Of a DNA stretch of 64,000 nucleotides, positions 38,878 to 51,900 are shown one piece after another (the first letter of the stretch is position 1; every line of letters begins with the position of its first letter). Origin of the DNA: Eledone cirrhosa (lineage: Eukaryota); assembly GCA_964016885.1 (NCBI GenBank), contig OZ024740.1, positions 234,794,001-234,858,000 of the forward strand, read 5' to 3'. The notes under the pieces were generated by a model that was not told the origin of the DNA, made no database searches, and was given only the letters and a program-made list of their open reading frames with translations. The position numbers were made by a program, and so were the translations under genes.

Positions 38878-40155
38878 GTATCATCTTCATTATTATTATT
38901 ATTGTTGTTATTATTATTGGTGGTGTTGTTAGAGCATTCAACAAAATGCCCTGCGACATTTGTTCTGGCTCTTTATATTTTGAGTTCAGATCCCAACGAG
39001 GGTCAACTTTGCCTTTCATCCTATCGGAGTCAATAAAATAAAGTACCAGTCAAGTACTGGGTTGATATAATCAAATTCCCCTTTCCCAACAAATTGCCAG
39101 CCTAGTGCCTATGTGCCAGTGTTAAAAATAATTATCACTATTATTTGACCATTGCAGTGGCAAAACCAGTACAACAATTGATTAAATGCCATGTTGTATT
39201 TAATTACTGTATTTGCTGGCAAATTGGACGCACTTTTTATCCAAAAAACATATTAAAAACATCTTCCCTGCATCCAATATGCCCACATCACTGATGGGAA
39301 GTCAAACAGAGGGTGAGAAAAATCATGGTTAAAAAATTTAGCTTGTATTACTATTAGTATTACTAATACAGTAATACAATTTATAAAAGCATAATGATGT
39401 CAAACTTATATAAGAGTTTCTGAACAAAAAAAAAAATGAAATAATCTTTTATAAATTCATGAAGAAATGTACTAAAATTATTTTTTCTCAAAATGTCCTT
39501 ATAAAACCAGAGAGTGTCTTAGACAAAAAGGCATCCAATAGGCCAGCAAATATAGTACATCTCTGTATTGTGACTTCAAATTTCACTGAGATAGGTGGCA
39601 TGAGCCAATGAAGGAACCACTATGTGGTGACTCAGCTTGCTGGAAATAGCAGTCAAATACCCCATAAATGACACCCATGTTTCAAGAAAAGTGAAAGGAC
39701 ATGTTGAGTAGTGTAAATCTTTATATGTAATGCCTGAGAAAAGGACAAGTTGGTCATGAGTGGAACATCTATGATAATATGTCTGCTCAGTCAGAGCTGA
39801 CCTGGGGCTAAACAACAGACTACCACTAGTACATTGCCATTGCACCACCACCACTGCCATATTTATGAGCTAACAAATAAGTCTTTACATTGTCACTTGA
39901 CCTACCTGAAATAACAATGAAATCTTCCTCAAATGACCCCGACCTTAGTCAAAAGTCATAGAAAAAAAGGGACACTTTGGATAATGTGATCCTAGGTTCC
40001 CTGCACATTGGAAAACAACAGGATGGTCTTGGCTGGAATGCCTTTGATTATAGGTCTGCTCAGTTAGGCCTGACTTGGGGCTACAAAACAACAACTGCCA
40101 TATTTAGACAGAAAGGAAAATGTATCTACTAATGTGATTCTGTTTTTCCCAACAG

Positions 40156-40191
40156 CCGAATATGAAGCAGATGATTTGCTCTCGATCGTAG
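40156..40191 (+). CDS. WASHC4: Candidate WASHC4 microexon P (36 nt, or 32 nt using the upstream donor after 40187)
   Basis: tgtttttcccaacAG acceptor; in phase 1 reads (A)EYEADDLLSIV; tandem donors GTaggt (40188) and GTgagg (40192); no homology support. Confidence 0.5.
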   Translation, partial: PNMKQMICSRS

Positions 40192-40942
40192 GTGAGGACC
40201 GAATCGTAACTTGAACCTCTGACCACCTTACCTCCCCATCTACCCCTAACATTACCCCACCCACTCTCTCCTAATATTTCACACTGACCCTTGTTCATTC
40301 ACCTTATTTGTTTTGTTTTGAACCATTTTTTTACCAGCCTCTTCTTATATCATACCATTCTTTCTTCCCACCACACCCGGCTGCCTGGACATAACTGTCA
40401 TAGGAAATGGTTTCATTTTTCAGTGAACAAAATAATGATAATAATAATAATGTAGTCAAAGACTATCAAGGAAATAAATACCTTCTAATTGACAGGAGAA
40501 GACTGTGAGAGACACTCACAATGTCTGTGATATCAGAAAAAATAGGAGACCCTGCATCACCACCATCATCATCGTTTAACATCTATTTTCTACACTTGCA
40601 TGGGTTAGACGGATTGTGACATTACGAGACAAGTGTCAGGTCAAGAGACCATGTCTTTCTTATATAGATCTGTATTTTGGCTTGGTTTCTACAGTTGGAT
40701 GCCCTTTCTAACATCAACCATATTACATTGTGGGCTGGCTGCTTTTTGTTGTGTCACCAACACAACCACCTTACAAGGTGGATTGGCCACTTTTTGTCCT
40801 GTCACCAGCATGACCTCAAACATAATTAAATCTTTAAAGGCTCAGAAGAACCACCTACACTCCAAGAGTTGGTAGCAGCAGATGATTACTATCTTGCTTT
40901 TTACATTGTGTTCAAATTATGCCAGATTCAACTTTGCTTTCA

Positions 40943-41378
40943 TACTGTTGGCGGGTCAATGAAATAAAGAACCAGTCAAATACTGTTGGCGGGTCAATGA
41001 AATAAAGAACCAGTCAAATACTGTTGGCTGGTCAATGAAATAAAGAACCAGTCAAATACTGTTGGCGGGTCAATGAAATAAAGAACCAGTCAAATACTGT
41101 TGGCGGGTCAATGAAATAAAGAACCAGTCAAATACTGTTGGCGGGTCAATGAAATAAAGAACCAGTCAAATACTGTTGGCGGGTCAATGAAATAAAGAAC
41201 CAGTCAAATACTGTTGGCGGGTCAATGAAATAAAGAACCAGTCAAATACTGTTGGCGGGTCAATGAAATAAAGAACCAGTCAAATACTGTTGGCGGGTCA
41301 ATGAAATAAAGAACCAGTCAAATACTGTTGGCGGGTCAATGAAATAAAGAACCAGTCAAATACTGTTGGCGGGTCAAT
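40943..41378. repeat. 38-bp tandem array (~11.5 copies) inside a SINE copy
   Basis: Unit TACTGTTGGCGGGTCAATGAAATAAAGAACCAGTCAAA; SINE B-box region upstream and SINE tail (ctggccttgtg) downstream. Confidence 0.95.
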
Positions 41379-41593
41379 ATAATCAACATTCCCCTCCCCC
41401 AAATCTCTGGCCTTGTGTCGAAATTAAAATCCTTAGAGTGACAGACAAATGCTTTGTGATATTTGCTGTGGTTCTTTATGTTCCAAGTTCAAATCCTTCC
41501 AGAATCGATAAAATAAACCATCAATAACACACTGGGGGGTGACTTAATTGATTTTCGCCATCCTCAAAATTGTGCCTAAATCAGAAACCATTA

Positions 41594-41637
<44 letters not shown>

Positions 41638-41856
41638 TTCATCTTTATGGGGTTGATTAAATAAAGTACCAGTAACACACTGGGTTGATTTAATTGACTT
41701 TCTTCTTTCCCCCCTAAAATTGTTGTATTTGTGCCTAAAGCATTATTATTATATGTAAGAAATCATTATTATTACTATATTTTTTGTTGTTGTTGTTGTT
41801 GTTATTTTAAATACCTGCAAAAGGTTGTGTAATGTTGCTCTTCATTTCTCTTCAAG

Positions 41857-41875
41857 CTACATGAGGATTTCAAAT
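41857..41875 (+). CDS. WASHC4: Candidate WASHC4 microexon Q (19 nt)
   Basis: ctcttcatttctcttcaAG acceptor, consensus GTAAGT donor; phase 0 reads LHEDFK plus 1 nt; no homology support. Confidence 0.4.
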
Positions 41876-42103
41876 GTAAGTAGACCCACGTACCATTGCT
41901 GACATTGACTCAGTTATATTCACCCAGCATTAGCTTTCATGTGTGTGAGGGACGTTTCCACATGAAGTTTGTTATCACACATACACATAAATGATAATCC
42001 TTTTGCTACAATATTTCTAATGAAATGCCCATAATAAAGATTTGGAGGGATTTTGTAATGTAACTAACTTTCTCATTATTAAGGTGTTTCGAACATAACT
42101 TAA

Positions 42104-42326
42104 CCCTTTAGCATTTAAACCGGTCATATCCAGCCAGAATACTCTCACTTCTTTCTGTTCAAACTGGCTTTAACTGGGCACTCATACTGATGTTAAGGTA
42201 TTGTTCTCAAAATAAGTAATATCAAAATTTCATAGAGTCGATATTATATGAGATGATTATGTGAGGTAAAGCCTTTACTGTGAAAATACAATAGTATATA
42301 TATAGGGTAATGTAAATGCTAAAGGG
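42104..42326. mobile_element. piggyBac-type MITE (other copies at 12712-13069, ~49333-49536, ~50646-50830)
   Basis: TTAA TSD on both sides; TIR CCCTTTAGCATTTA / TAAATGCTAAAGGG. Confidence 0.85.
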
Positions 42327-43312
42327 TTAACAAGGGTTCCTACATAAAATTATGATAGAAGATTTTGAAGTAAATATAAATATTTTAAAATAAACAGCTT
42401 TGTACCTAGAACCATGGAAAGTTTTAGGTGGTTTTGAAAAGGATTAAAGGATTACCATATCTGACGTGTTATATACCTTCTTTAACTAATATATGATAAA
42501 GATACCATTATCATGTGTGATAAAAGTATATCATCACATGTATATGTTAAGGATATCATGTTTGATAAATGTAATAAATGTGGAATATAACATTTAATGT
42601 CAGCAATGTGTTGTGTATCTATATCTGTACCGTCTCTAGGATCTGCCCTCTACAGCTTGTACCATCTCTAGGATCTGCCCTCTACAGCTTGTACCATCTC
42701 TAGGTTCTGTACCATGTACCAATATAGTCTGAACAAAGCCTGTACCATCTCTTGTCATATATATCCTGTACAGTTTTTACTGTCTATGTTATGTACCTTA
42801 TATACCCCCGTATCATCTCTGTACTCTATTTAGGTTATGTACCCTGTACAGCCTGTAACCTATCTAGGTTATGTACCCTTCACAGCTTGAACAATCTGTT
42901 ATACACCCAGTACAGTTTGTACCATCTCTGTCTTGTATACCTTAGACACCCTTTATCATCTCTCCTATATACCCTGTACCATCTCTGTCTTGTATACCTT
43001 AGACACCCTTTATCATCTCTCCTATATACCCTGTACCATCTCCGTCTTGTATACCTTATACACCTTGTATCATCTCTGTTATATACGCTGTATCATCTCT
43101 GTCTTGTATACCTTATATACCCCATATCATCTCTGTTATATACCCTTTACAGCTTGAACAATCTCTGTGATACAGCCAGTACAGTTTGTACTATCTCTGT
43201 CTTATATACCCTGTAAAGCCTGTACCATCCTGTTATATATACCCAGTACAGTCTAAAACATCTGTTATGTACTCTATAAAACCTGAACTATCTCTACATT
43301 ATATTACCTAAT

Positions 43313-44672
43313 TATGTACCCTCAGTACAGCCTGTCTTATGTACTCAGTATAGTCCCTGTCTTATGTACTCATTACAGCTACATTATGTACTCAGTACAG
43401 CCTCTGCCTTATGTGCTCAGTATAGTCCCTGTCTTATGTGCTCAGTATAGTCCCTGCCTTATGTACTCAGTACAGCCTCTGTCTTATGTACTCAGTACAT
43501 CCTCTGTCTTATGTACTCAGTACAGCCTCTGCCTTATGTACTCAGTACAGCCTCTGTCTTATGTACTCGGTACAGCCTCTGTCTTATGTACTCAGTACAG
43601 CCTCTGTCTTATGTACTCAGTACATCCTCTGTCTTATGTACTCAGTACAGCCTCTGCCTTATGTACTCAGTACAGCCTCTGCCTTATGTACTCAGTACAG
43701 CCTCTGCCTTATGTACTCAGTACAGCCTCTGCCTTATGTACTCAGTACAGCCTCTGCCTTATGTACTCAGTACAGCCTCTGCCTTATGTACTGAGTACAG
43801 CCTCTGTCTTATGTACTCAGTACAGCCTCTGTCTTATGTACTCGGTACAGCCTCTGCCTTATGTACTCAGTACAGTCTCTGCCTTATGTACTCACTACAG
43901 TCTCTGTCTTATGTACTCAGTACAGCCTCTGTCCTATGTACTCAGTACAGTCTCTGCCTTGTGTACTGAGTACAGCCTCTGCCTTATGTACTCAGTACAG
44001 CCTCTGCCTTATGTACTCGGTACAGCCTCTGTCTTATGTACTCGGTACAGCCTCTGTCTTATGTACTCAGTACAGTCTCTGCCTTATGTACTCGGTACAG
44101 CCTCTGCCTTATGTACTCAGTACAGCCTCTGCCTTATGTACTCAGTACAGCCTCTGCCTTATGTACTCAGTACAGCCTCTGCCTTATGTACTCAGTACAG
44201 CCTCTGCCTTATGTACTCGGTACAGCCTCTGCCTTATGTACTCAGTACAGTCTCTGTCTTATGTACTCAGTACAGCCTCTGCCTTATGTACTCGGTACAG
44301 CCTCTGCCTTATGTACTCGGTACAGCCTCTGCCTTATGTACTCGGTACAGCCTCTGTCTTATGTACTCAGTACAGCCTCTGCCTTATGCACTCAGTACAG
44401 CCTCTGCCTTATGTACTCAGTACAGCCTCTGCCTTATGTACTCAGTACAGCCTCTGTCTCATGTACTCAGTGCAGCCTCTGTCTTATGTACTCAGTACAG
44501 CCTCTGTCTTATGTACTCAGTACAGCCTCTGTCTTATGTACTCAGTACAGCCTCTGCCTTATGTACTCAGTACAGCCTCTGTCTTATGTACTCAGTACAG
44601 CCTCTGTCTCATGTACTCAGTACAGCCTCTGCCTTATGTACTCAGTACAGCCTCTGCCTTATGTATTCAGTG
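43313..44672. repeat. 25-bp minisatellite (~54 copies), preceded by a degenerate related zone (~42620-43310)
   Basis: Unit ATGTACTCAGTACAGCCTCTG(C/T)CTT. Confidence 0.97.
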
Positions 44673-44885
44673 CTCCGATAGATTTGCGGTCGTGCCCTCG
44701 GTAGTGGAGACTTCTGGTGTCCTTGGCCCTAGGGCTACCTCCCTATTAACTACCATAGGCGCTGAGCTGGCCAGCCGCAGGTGTGAACCTCGGGAGTTGG
44801 AATGGCTCTTCTAGCGCATCTCTCTTACCATCCTCCAGGGAAACGCCTTCTCCGGGGCTGTGGGGAGGCCAGCACATAGGACCCC
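44672..44885 (+). mobile_element. Fragment of an RLE-type (CRE-like) non-LTR retrotransposon C-terminus
   Basis: SDRFAVVPSVVETSGVLGPRATSLLTTIGAELASRRCEPRELEWLF*RISLTILQGNA resembles the ..P..VET.G..G......F.QRIS.AIQRGNA C-terminal motif. Confidence 0.6.
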
Positions 44886-45456
44886 ATTTGCTCACCATGC
44901 GGAGAGATGGAGGCGATGACAGTGGGAGTTCGGCTCTTCCACATTTGGACCATATCCTTGTGGTTGTGTTCATTAAGCAGTTAATGAGTTTGTTTATGTA
45001 TCTCTAAGGTGTATCTGTGTGTTAGTTGCTGATGTATATTAACAAGAAAACCTATATCTAGTGTATTCAAACAAAAATACCATGTGGTATTTCTTCTGCT
45101 CCCTTTTCATTCTATCTCTCAAAAATACAGTGAGGCACTATTTAATTGATTGGAAATATTTAACTAACAGTACTTATTGTTCACAAAAATCTATATTTCT
45201 ATAAATGTTATGTAGTCTACATAGCCTGCACTATTTATCAGTTATATACCCTATGTAAATTAAGGCATCTCCAGTTTATGTATTGTAACATATGTAGTGT
45301 ATGTTTGTATCCATTATATTTTGCACCATGTATGACTTGTATTTCACCATGACATTCTGTACCATGTACCTCACAGGTCAACGTACATTCCCTGAACATG
45401 TCATATATATATATATATTGGAAAATGTATGAAATCCTTGGTACAGTTAGGTATAT

Positions 45457-45671
45457 TTTTAAAAAAGGAAAAGAATGACTTCACTTGTAGTTCTAAAAAA
45501 TTTAATTTTATAATATTATGATTTTACAATTTGGTTTTGCAGATCTAGTAAGTTCTTTGTTAACTTCGGTGGGAAGATTTTTAAAGATTCCTAGTTAACT
45601 TTCCTGGAAAACTTTATAAAATTAAATTAAATTGTTTAGAACTACAAGTGAAGTCATTCTTTTCCTTTTTT

Positions 45672-45676
<5 letters not shown>
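45457..45676. repeat. Inverted repeat element (~55-bp arms) adjoining (TA)n
   Basis: aaaaaaggaaaagaatgacttcacttgtagttctaaa vs tttagaactacaagtgaagtcattcttttccttttt. Confidence 0.75.
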
Positions 45677-45727
<51 letters not shown>

Positions 45728-46046
45728 AACAAGTTATCATTATAGGTAATCCAGTTAGAGGTTGTGAGTACTCTGCATCGTGGATAGTTTTAACATACAG
45801 CTTTTTTTTTACTCAACAAGATGCTTCCATAGTTATGCAACGAGTTCGCGGTAATTTTTATGCAGGTTATACTTGGAGTAATAATAGTTAAAGAATGACT
45901 TCACCATAGGTGAATAATGTATTGGAGATCAAATAACGCAACATCAAGCGATTAGTAAACTCTAGACCCACATGATCAACGAAACAATTGTCAGTACTTT
46001 AAATAAAGCCCTTATTGTACAGCCAACCATGTTAATCTTCATTCTT

Positions 46047-46101
<55 letters not shown>

Positions 46102-46299
46102 ATAATAATTATGAAGACCAAAATCCAAAGAGTTTCAAAAGATCCCATAAAAAGGGTGAAAGCAGTGATTCTTTGCTTAAACTTTAATCTGTACTACTAA
46201 AAAATATATATAATGTGTGTGCATGTATATGTAATTAGATATGTGTGTATATGTTTATATATGTGTATATATATATATATATGTATTGGTATATTTCAG

Positions 46300-46454
46300 A
46301 TCGGATAACAGCTGGAAACTCTCAACAGTCATCATCATCATCAAGTCGAAGTGGGACCCCAGCACCACCACCACCTACTTCAACTCCAGCAGAATCATCA
46401 CCTTCTGCAGTCCCCCCAGCGCCACCACCACCACCACCTCTTCCATCTTTCTAA
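46300..46454 (+). CDS. WASHC4: Probable terminal coding exon of WASHC4 (Ser/Pro-rich tail, TAA stop)
   Basis: tatttcAG acceptor; phase 1 matches exon O; (D)RITAGNSQQSSSSSSRSGTPAPPPPTSTPAESSPSAVPPAPPPPPPLPSF*; followed by non-repetitive UTR-like sequence. Confidence 0.65.
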
Positions 46455-47054
46455 AATGTCTCTTCTGAAACATCGAAGATAAACCCTAAATGTTATTTAA
46501 TTGATTGGTTACTCCAGCGATGAAAGCCATCACTATTATTATTGCAACTTCTAATGTATCATCAATTCCCACAACCCCTATTTTTATCCTGAAAATCGCC
46601 CCCTTTTTTGTTAGTTTATTTTGTTATATATCTGCTGTTCCTTAATTTTATCTGCAGTAAAATATATTTCTGAAAAAATATATTTTACTTTAATAATGTT
46701 CCAAGTTGACTAGTTCCTTCCTTTTTTTTTTTTCAATGAATTATCTGTCCTATTAATTTTCTCCTGAGGTATCCCTAAACTTTTCCACCACTTCCAGAAA
46801 GGATCCAGAACCAGGAAATTTGGCCCGACTTGCTTCTGTGATGATTGTTAGACCAAAGGAGTTTAATTGGTGCAATAGTTTGAGAGTGAAAAGGTGTGAG
46901 GTAATTCCCATACCAGCATACCCACAAAGATAATTTACCCATGATTATATTAGAGTGTCTTGTTTGTCGGTTCCTTGAGAGTTTGTTGGTTTTTACCCCT
47001 ACAGCTCTTCACCCACCATACCTCTCTATTTTACTCATCAAACACAGGTATAGA

Positions 47055-47060
47055 AATAAA
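47055..47060 (+). promoter_or_regulatory. Candidate polyadenylation signal of WASHC4
   Basis: AATAAA ~600 nt after the stop, followed by a T/GT-rich tract (ttatttcatttgtgtttttcttttgtgttg). Confidence 0.35.
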
Positions 47061-47162
47061 GATTATTTTTATACCAGTTCTTATTTCATTTGTGTTTTTC
47101 TTTTGTGTTGCATTGTGTTATTGATATTATTGCTTAGCCACATGTCAGCCCTGGTTTAACAG

Positions 47163-47880
47163 ATCTTCTTCTTCGCCTACTTATTCATGGGTGGGTCATG
47201 AGGGCAGGGTCCTCAAGCATGCCTTCCAGCAGTTCCTGTCAGAAGCAACTATCTCCAATCGATCCTGCTGTATCCCCCAAGCGAGATCAACTGAACTCAT
47301 AGATGTTATCTAACCACCATGCTCGTGGTCTACCTCTGGTTCTCCTGCCAGTTGGTTTTGCCCATAAAATCTGTCCAGCTATTTGCCTTAGACTTTCTGA
47401 CCACATATCCGTAATATTGAAGCTGTGACCTCTCAATTCAAATAAGTAGCGACTCTACCTGGAGCAACTCCCTGATATCTGAGCCACGCATTCTATCGAG
47501 TAATATCGCTCCAAAAACCCTTTGGAGGAACCCCATTTTGGCCACTTGTATTCAAGGTCATATTATTTTGGTCATTACCCAAGGTTCATGATCATAAGCA
47601 ACAGTTGGCATGAATACCAAATTAAAGATTACAAGTTTGGCTTTTACCTCCCAGCTGGTGCATTACTGCACCAACCCCTACAATTCTTGCATTTAATTCA
47701 GCCTCCTACCTTCTATCATTCGTGAAAATGTCCCTGTAATATTTGAACTTCTCCACCTGCTTCAGAGGAACTCCACTCATATGTAGAATGCACTGCATAG
47801 GCTTCCTTGAGAGGAGAAGCGTCTCAGTCTACACAGCACTGATTTTCATTCCTGTCATGCAGCACTTGGCAGTGAACCTA
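47163..47880 (-). mobile_element. Decayed RTE LINE fragment, second family (related copy at ~25360-25870, + strand)
   Basis: Minus-strand motifs such as LLMIMNLG..TKII..RIQVAKMGFL and RPTGRRTRGRPRAWW; (gaa)n tail. Confidence 0.7.
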
Positions 47881-50800
47881 TCAAGAACATATTGACGATT
47901 ATCTTCAACAGATCTATGATCAAAAACATTCCAGCACTGACCATTTTGTCTTTTATTGAGACATGGTCTATCTAGGTTTATAATGTATATTATGTCTTTC
48001 TTAAGGTAGTAGGGTATGAATTGAAGGAGATTTGACAGATACTTCCAGCAGGTTGAGTAATCATCTGGTGTGTCTCTTGTTTTGTAAACATGCAGCATGT
48101 TTTCCTATTAACTCCTCCCAATTTACCATCCATCAACCTGTAACTCTTAACAGACTGGTAGGAACACTATCATGACATATTTAGGTATTTTAAAGTTGGT
48201 CTGAATACAGAAAAATAGGGAGAGGGCGAAAGAAAGAATGGAAGGAAGAAAGCGATATAGAGGAAGATGCATATTTTTTTATCAAGCTTGAAGGAGGAAA
48301 GCCAAAGTTGACCTTGGTGAGATTTGAACTCAGAATGAAGAGCGGTGGAAGGAATACCACAAAGCATTTTAACAACTCTGCCAATCCACTGCCTTTATTT
48401 ATAGTTAAACTCACAGCTTTCTTATACCATAATGTAAAGAAGCCGCCCATAACAAAACTTATGTAATGTAATTTTTTTAATATATGATATAAGCATATAT
48501 ACACACATATACACAGTTGTTTCAGTAATTATATCATCTTTCCTTTTATTCAGACATAGCTATAACATGGGGAAATGAAACATGTCCATAGTCATCCAAC
48601 TCTCCTACAAACCTTCATAAAATTGCCTTTGGTTCTATAAAACAAAGCCAACCATTTTAAAGGGCTCCTATTTATATTATAATCTTCCCTGAGCTCAAAA
48701 AATAATAATAATAACTGACCTGTAATTTGAAGGGCTAGCCTTAACTCAGACTGCATCACTCTAAATCTCAATAAGAATTAAGTTAAAAGTACATGTGTCT
48801 GTCAAATGTTCAGTCACTTGCACATTAATTTCACAAACAGGATGTTTCATCTGTATTTTTTGTTAAAAATACCATCTTAATAATTATAATGTAATAATTT
48901 TCATAAATCCCTCCAAGTTTTTGATTAACCCATTTACATTCCTACCAGTCTGTTAAGAGTTACAGGTTGATGCATGGTAAATTGGGAAGAGGAGTAAATG
49001 AAGGCACATGGCTTAGTGGTTAGAGCATTGGCCTTGCAATCGAAAGGTTGTCAGTTCAATTCTCAGACCAGGTGATGTGTTGTTTGCTTGAGCAAGACAC
49101 TTTATTTCACATTGCTCCAGTTTACTCAGCTGTAGAAATGAGATGATAGAGACTGGGGTCCCTATCATTCCACTGCAAAGTGGTCGTGGAGGTGCCATGG
49201 CAAAAAAGCACCCAGCACTCACTGTAAATGAGGTTGGTGTTAGGAGGGGCATCCAGCTGTAGAAATCAAGCCAGAATCAGTTCCCATCCCACCCTTGCAA
49301 GCAGGGAAAAGCGGACGTAAAATGATGATGATAATTACTCTATATATATACCATTGTATTTTCATGGTAAAGGCTTTATCTTACATAATTATCTCACATA
49401 ATATCGAATCTATGAGATTTTTATATTATTTTGAGAACAATACATTAATAATAGTATGAGCAGCCTGTTATAGCTGGTTTGAACAGAAAGAGGTGAGATA
49501 ATTCTGGCCAGATATGATCGGTTTAAGTGCTAAAGGGTTAATGCATTGTATTTTATTAGAAATATGGTAAAAAAAAAAGGGATCTTTTCAACTGTTTACT
49601 GTAAAAATATGCCTCTCTGACACTTCAAGGGACTCCTACTTTATGACACTCAATAGCCATATAATGAAGGGGCTGTTGATGAAAGGGAGTTTATAATGAT
49701 ATAAAGATGTTGATTTCAGGGTTGATGCACATGAAAGACAACAGCTGTATAGAAAAGTGCAGGGCAATCAAAATTGACGGAGTAGGCAGACCTAGAAAAA
49801 CCTGGGACAATTTGATAAATTCCGACCTTACACACTTATACCTCTCTAAGACAATGTCGCTGGACCGAGATCTTTGGTGCTACGCAGTAATACCGAAAAC
49901 CCACCTTGCCTAAGTACAAAGTGAAACCTACAGTCAGTAGGCACCTCTTAATCAAATATACACCCCAACTCCCCCACCCCCATCAACACCACCCCTTTCT
50001 CTGTAAAGTTATATTGGTACCACAACATCCAGTTCAAAATAAGTGAGGTTGTGTAGATGTCACAACAAAAAAACACACAGTCCACGCTGTAATATGGCCG
50101 TGTAGGTAACACGGTAAAAACCTCCCAGGCCACACTGTAAACATGGTTGGTGTTAGGCAGGCATCCAGCCATAGAAAACCTGCCAGACAGCCCTATACGA
50201 GCGAGACAACTAATCTTGCCTCAAGTGGGACAATTGCCGTCTAAACCCATGCTAGCGTGGAAGATAGACGTTAAACAATGATGATGATGATGATATATAT
50301 ATATATACGAAAAAGGAACACATCCAATAATAGAATGGACCTCTGTCAGATTTAGCAATGAATGTTCCAGTTGTTCAATCAACAGTACAGTTTGCTCATG
50401 AAATTAACGTGTAAGTGGCTGAGCATTCCACTCACACACACACACAAATACAGTGTGTGACAAGGTTGTTTCATTGCATAGACAGGCTTCCAAACAGTTT
50501 CTGTCTAACCAGTTTCACTCACAAGAGTTAGGTCAACACATAGCTCTGGTAAATTACACTTGTTCAAGATGCTACACTAAAGGAATGAACAGTGAACTTC
50601 TTAACTATTCAATCATAATGTGTCCACAATTGAATTATGTCTTAACTCTTTAGCATTTACATTACTCTATATTTAACATTGTATTTTCACGGTAAAAGTT
50701 TTACCTCACATGATATCTACGAGATTTTGATATTATTTATTTTGAGAACAATACCTTAACATCAGTATGAGCAGCCAGTTACAGTTTAAACAGAAAAAGA

Positions 50801-51853
50801 TGAGAGAATTCTGGCCGGATATAGCCGATTTAAATAAAGATTGGATGATCACATCTGAATTAGCTTTCTTCATAAATCTACTTGATTGGAGATGACCATG
50901 CGCCCTTACAACACACTAGTAGGTTCATATAATTTACATATTCTTTATCAGTATGGAGCATACAACAATGTGGCTGAGTCAGCTAGACATCAATGTCAGC
51001 AGTTCAATCTACCTAGCTCTAAAGTAGATACCACTGTGTAGTATAGTTCACTGTACTGTGTTCATGATCAAGGCGTTTGTCAACAGTCCACTAAGCTGTA
51101 AAGTAGGTATCACCATGTGGTCTAGTTCATTGCAGCAAGCTAAAATTGATGAGGATTTCATTAGCTTGAATCACTAAGTATGTTTCCCCTTAATTTAGTG
51201 TCAGAAGATATGTTTTATTGTCACTGTTTTCATCTAAATACCAAAATATTACCATGTTGATAATATTATAATGTTGATAATACTAATTCTCTGACACAAG
51301 GATAAAAAAATAGTCAGTTTTCGCATACTAGAATACTAAATGATTATCATCATTCTCACCACTATATTAACATATGTTCCTATGTTTGACATGGGTTGGA
51401 CAGGCCTGCTGTACAATATATTGCCACTTGTCTCAATATTTTGTGAGGCTCAGTATCATGGGGTTTAACCTCACTACTTCTTCCTATGACTCAGATTTCC
51501 TCTGCTCTCTGCACAAGAGCCAGTGGAGGAACCTCTACATGGTCTCTCACCCTGCTAAAAATAGCAGCCAAATCTCCCATCAATTGCACCCTACCAACTT
51601 GAAGAAGTGGGAGGTCATGGCTTGAAGGCCTTTCATCATAAGATCTGCTCAGTCAGCCCCCCCCCCCCCCACCGACACAGCATGAAACAATAATTGTCAG
51701 CACACACCACTTTCCTCCTCTCCCCCAACTTTCACCACTTATTCATATGGCATGAATACATTATACAGCTGTAGTAATGATATAATAGTAACTAGACCAA
51801 AGAGGGACTTGGAAGAAATTGAAGCAGCTGTTGTCACTGTTGTCAACAAAGGG

Positions 51854-51900
<47 letters not shown>

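Noticed and set aside
40943-41378. CRISPR-like 38-bp repeats
   Set aside because: Units are contiguous with no unique spacers, derive from a SINE core, lie in a eukaryotic intron, and no cas genes are present
43314-44814. Cys/Tyr-rich ORFs of 118-455 aa
   Set aside because: Products of the 25-bp minisatellite in all frames
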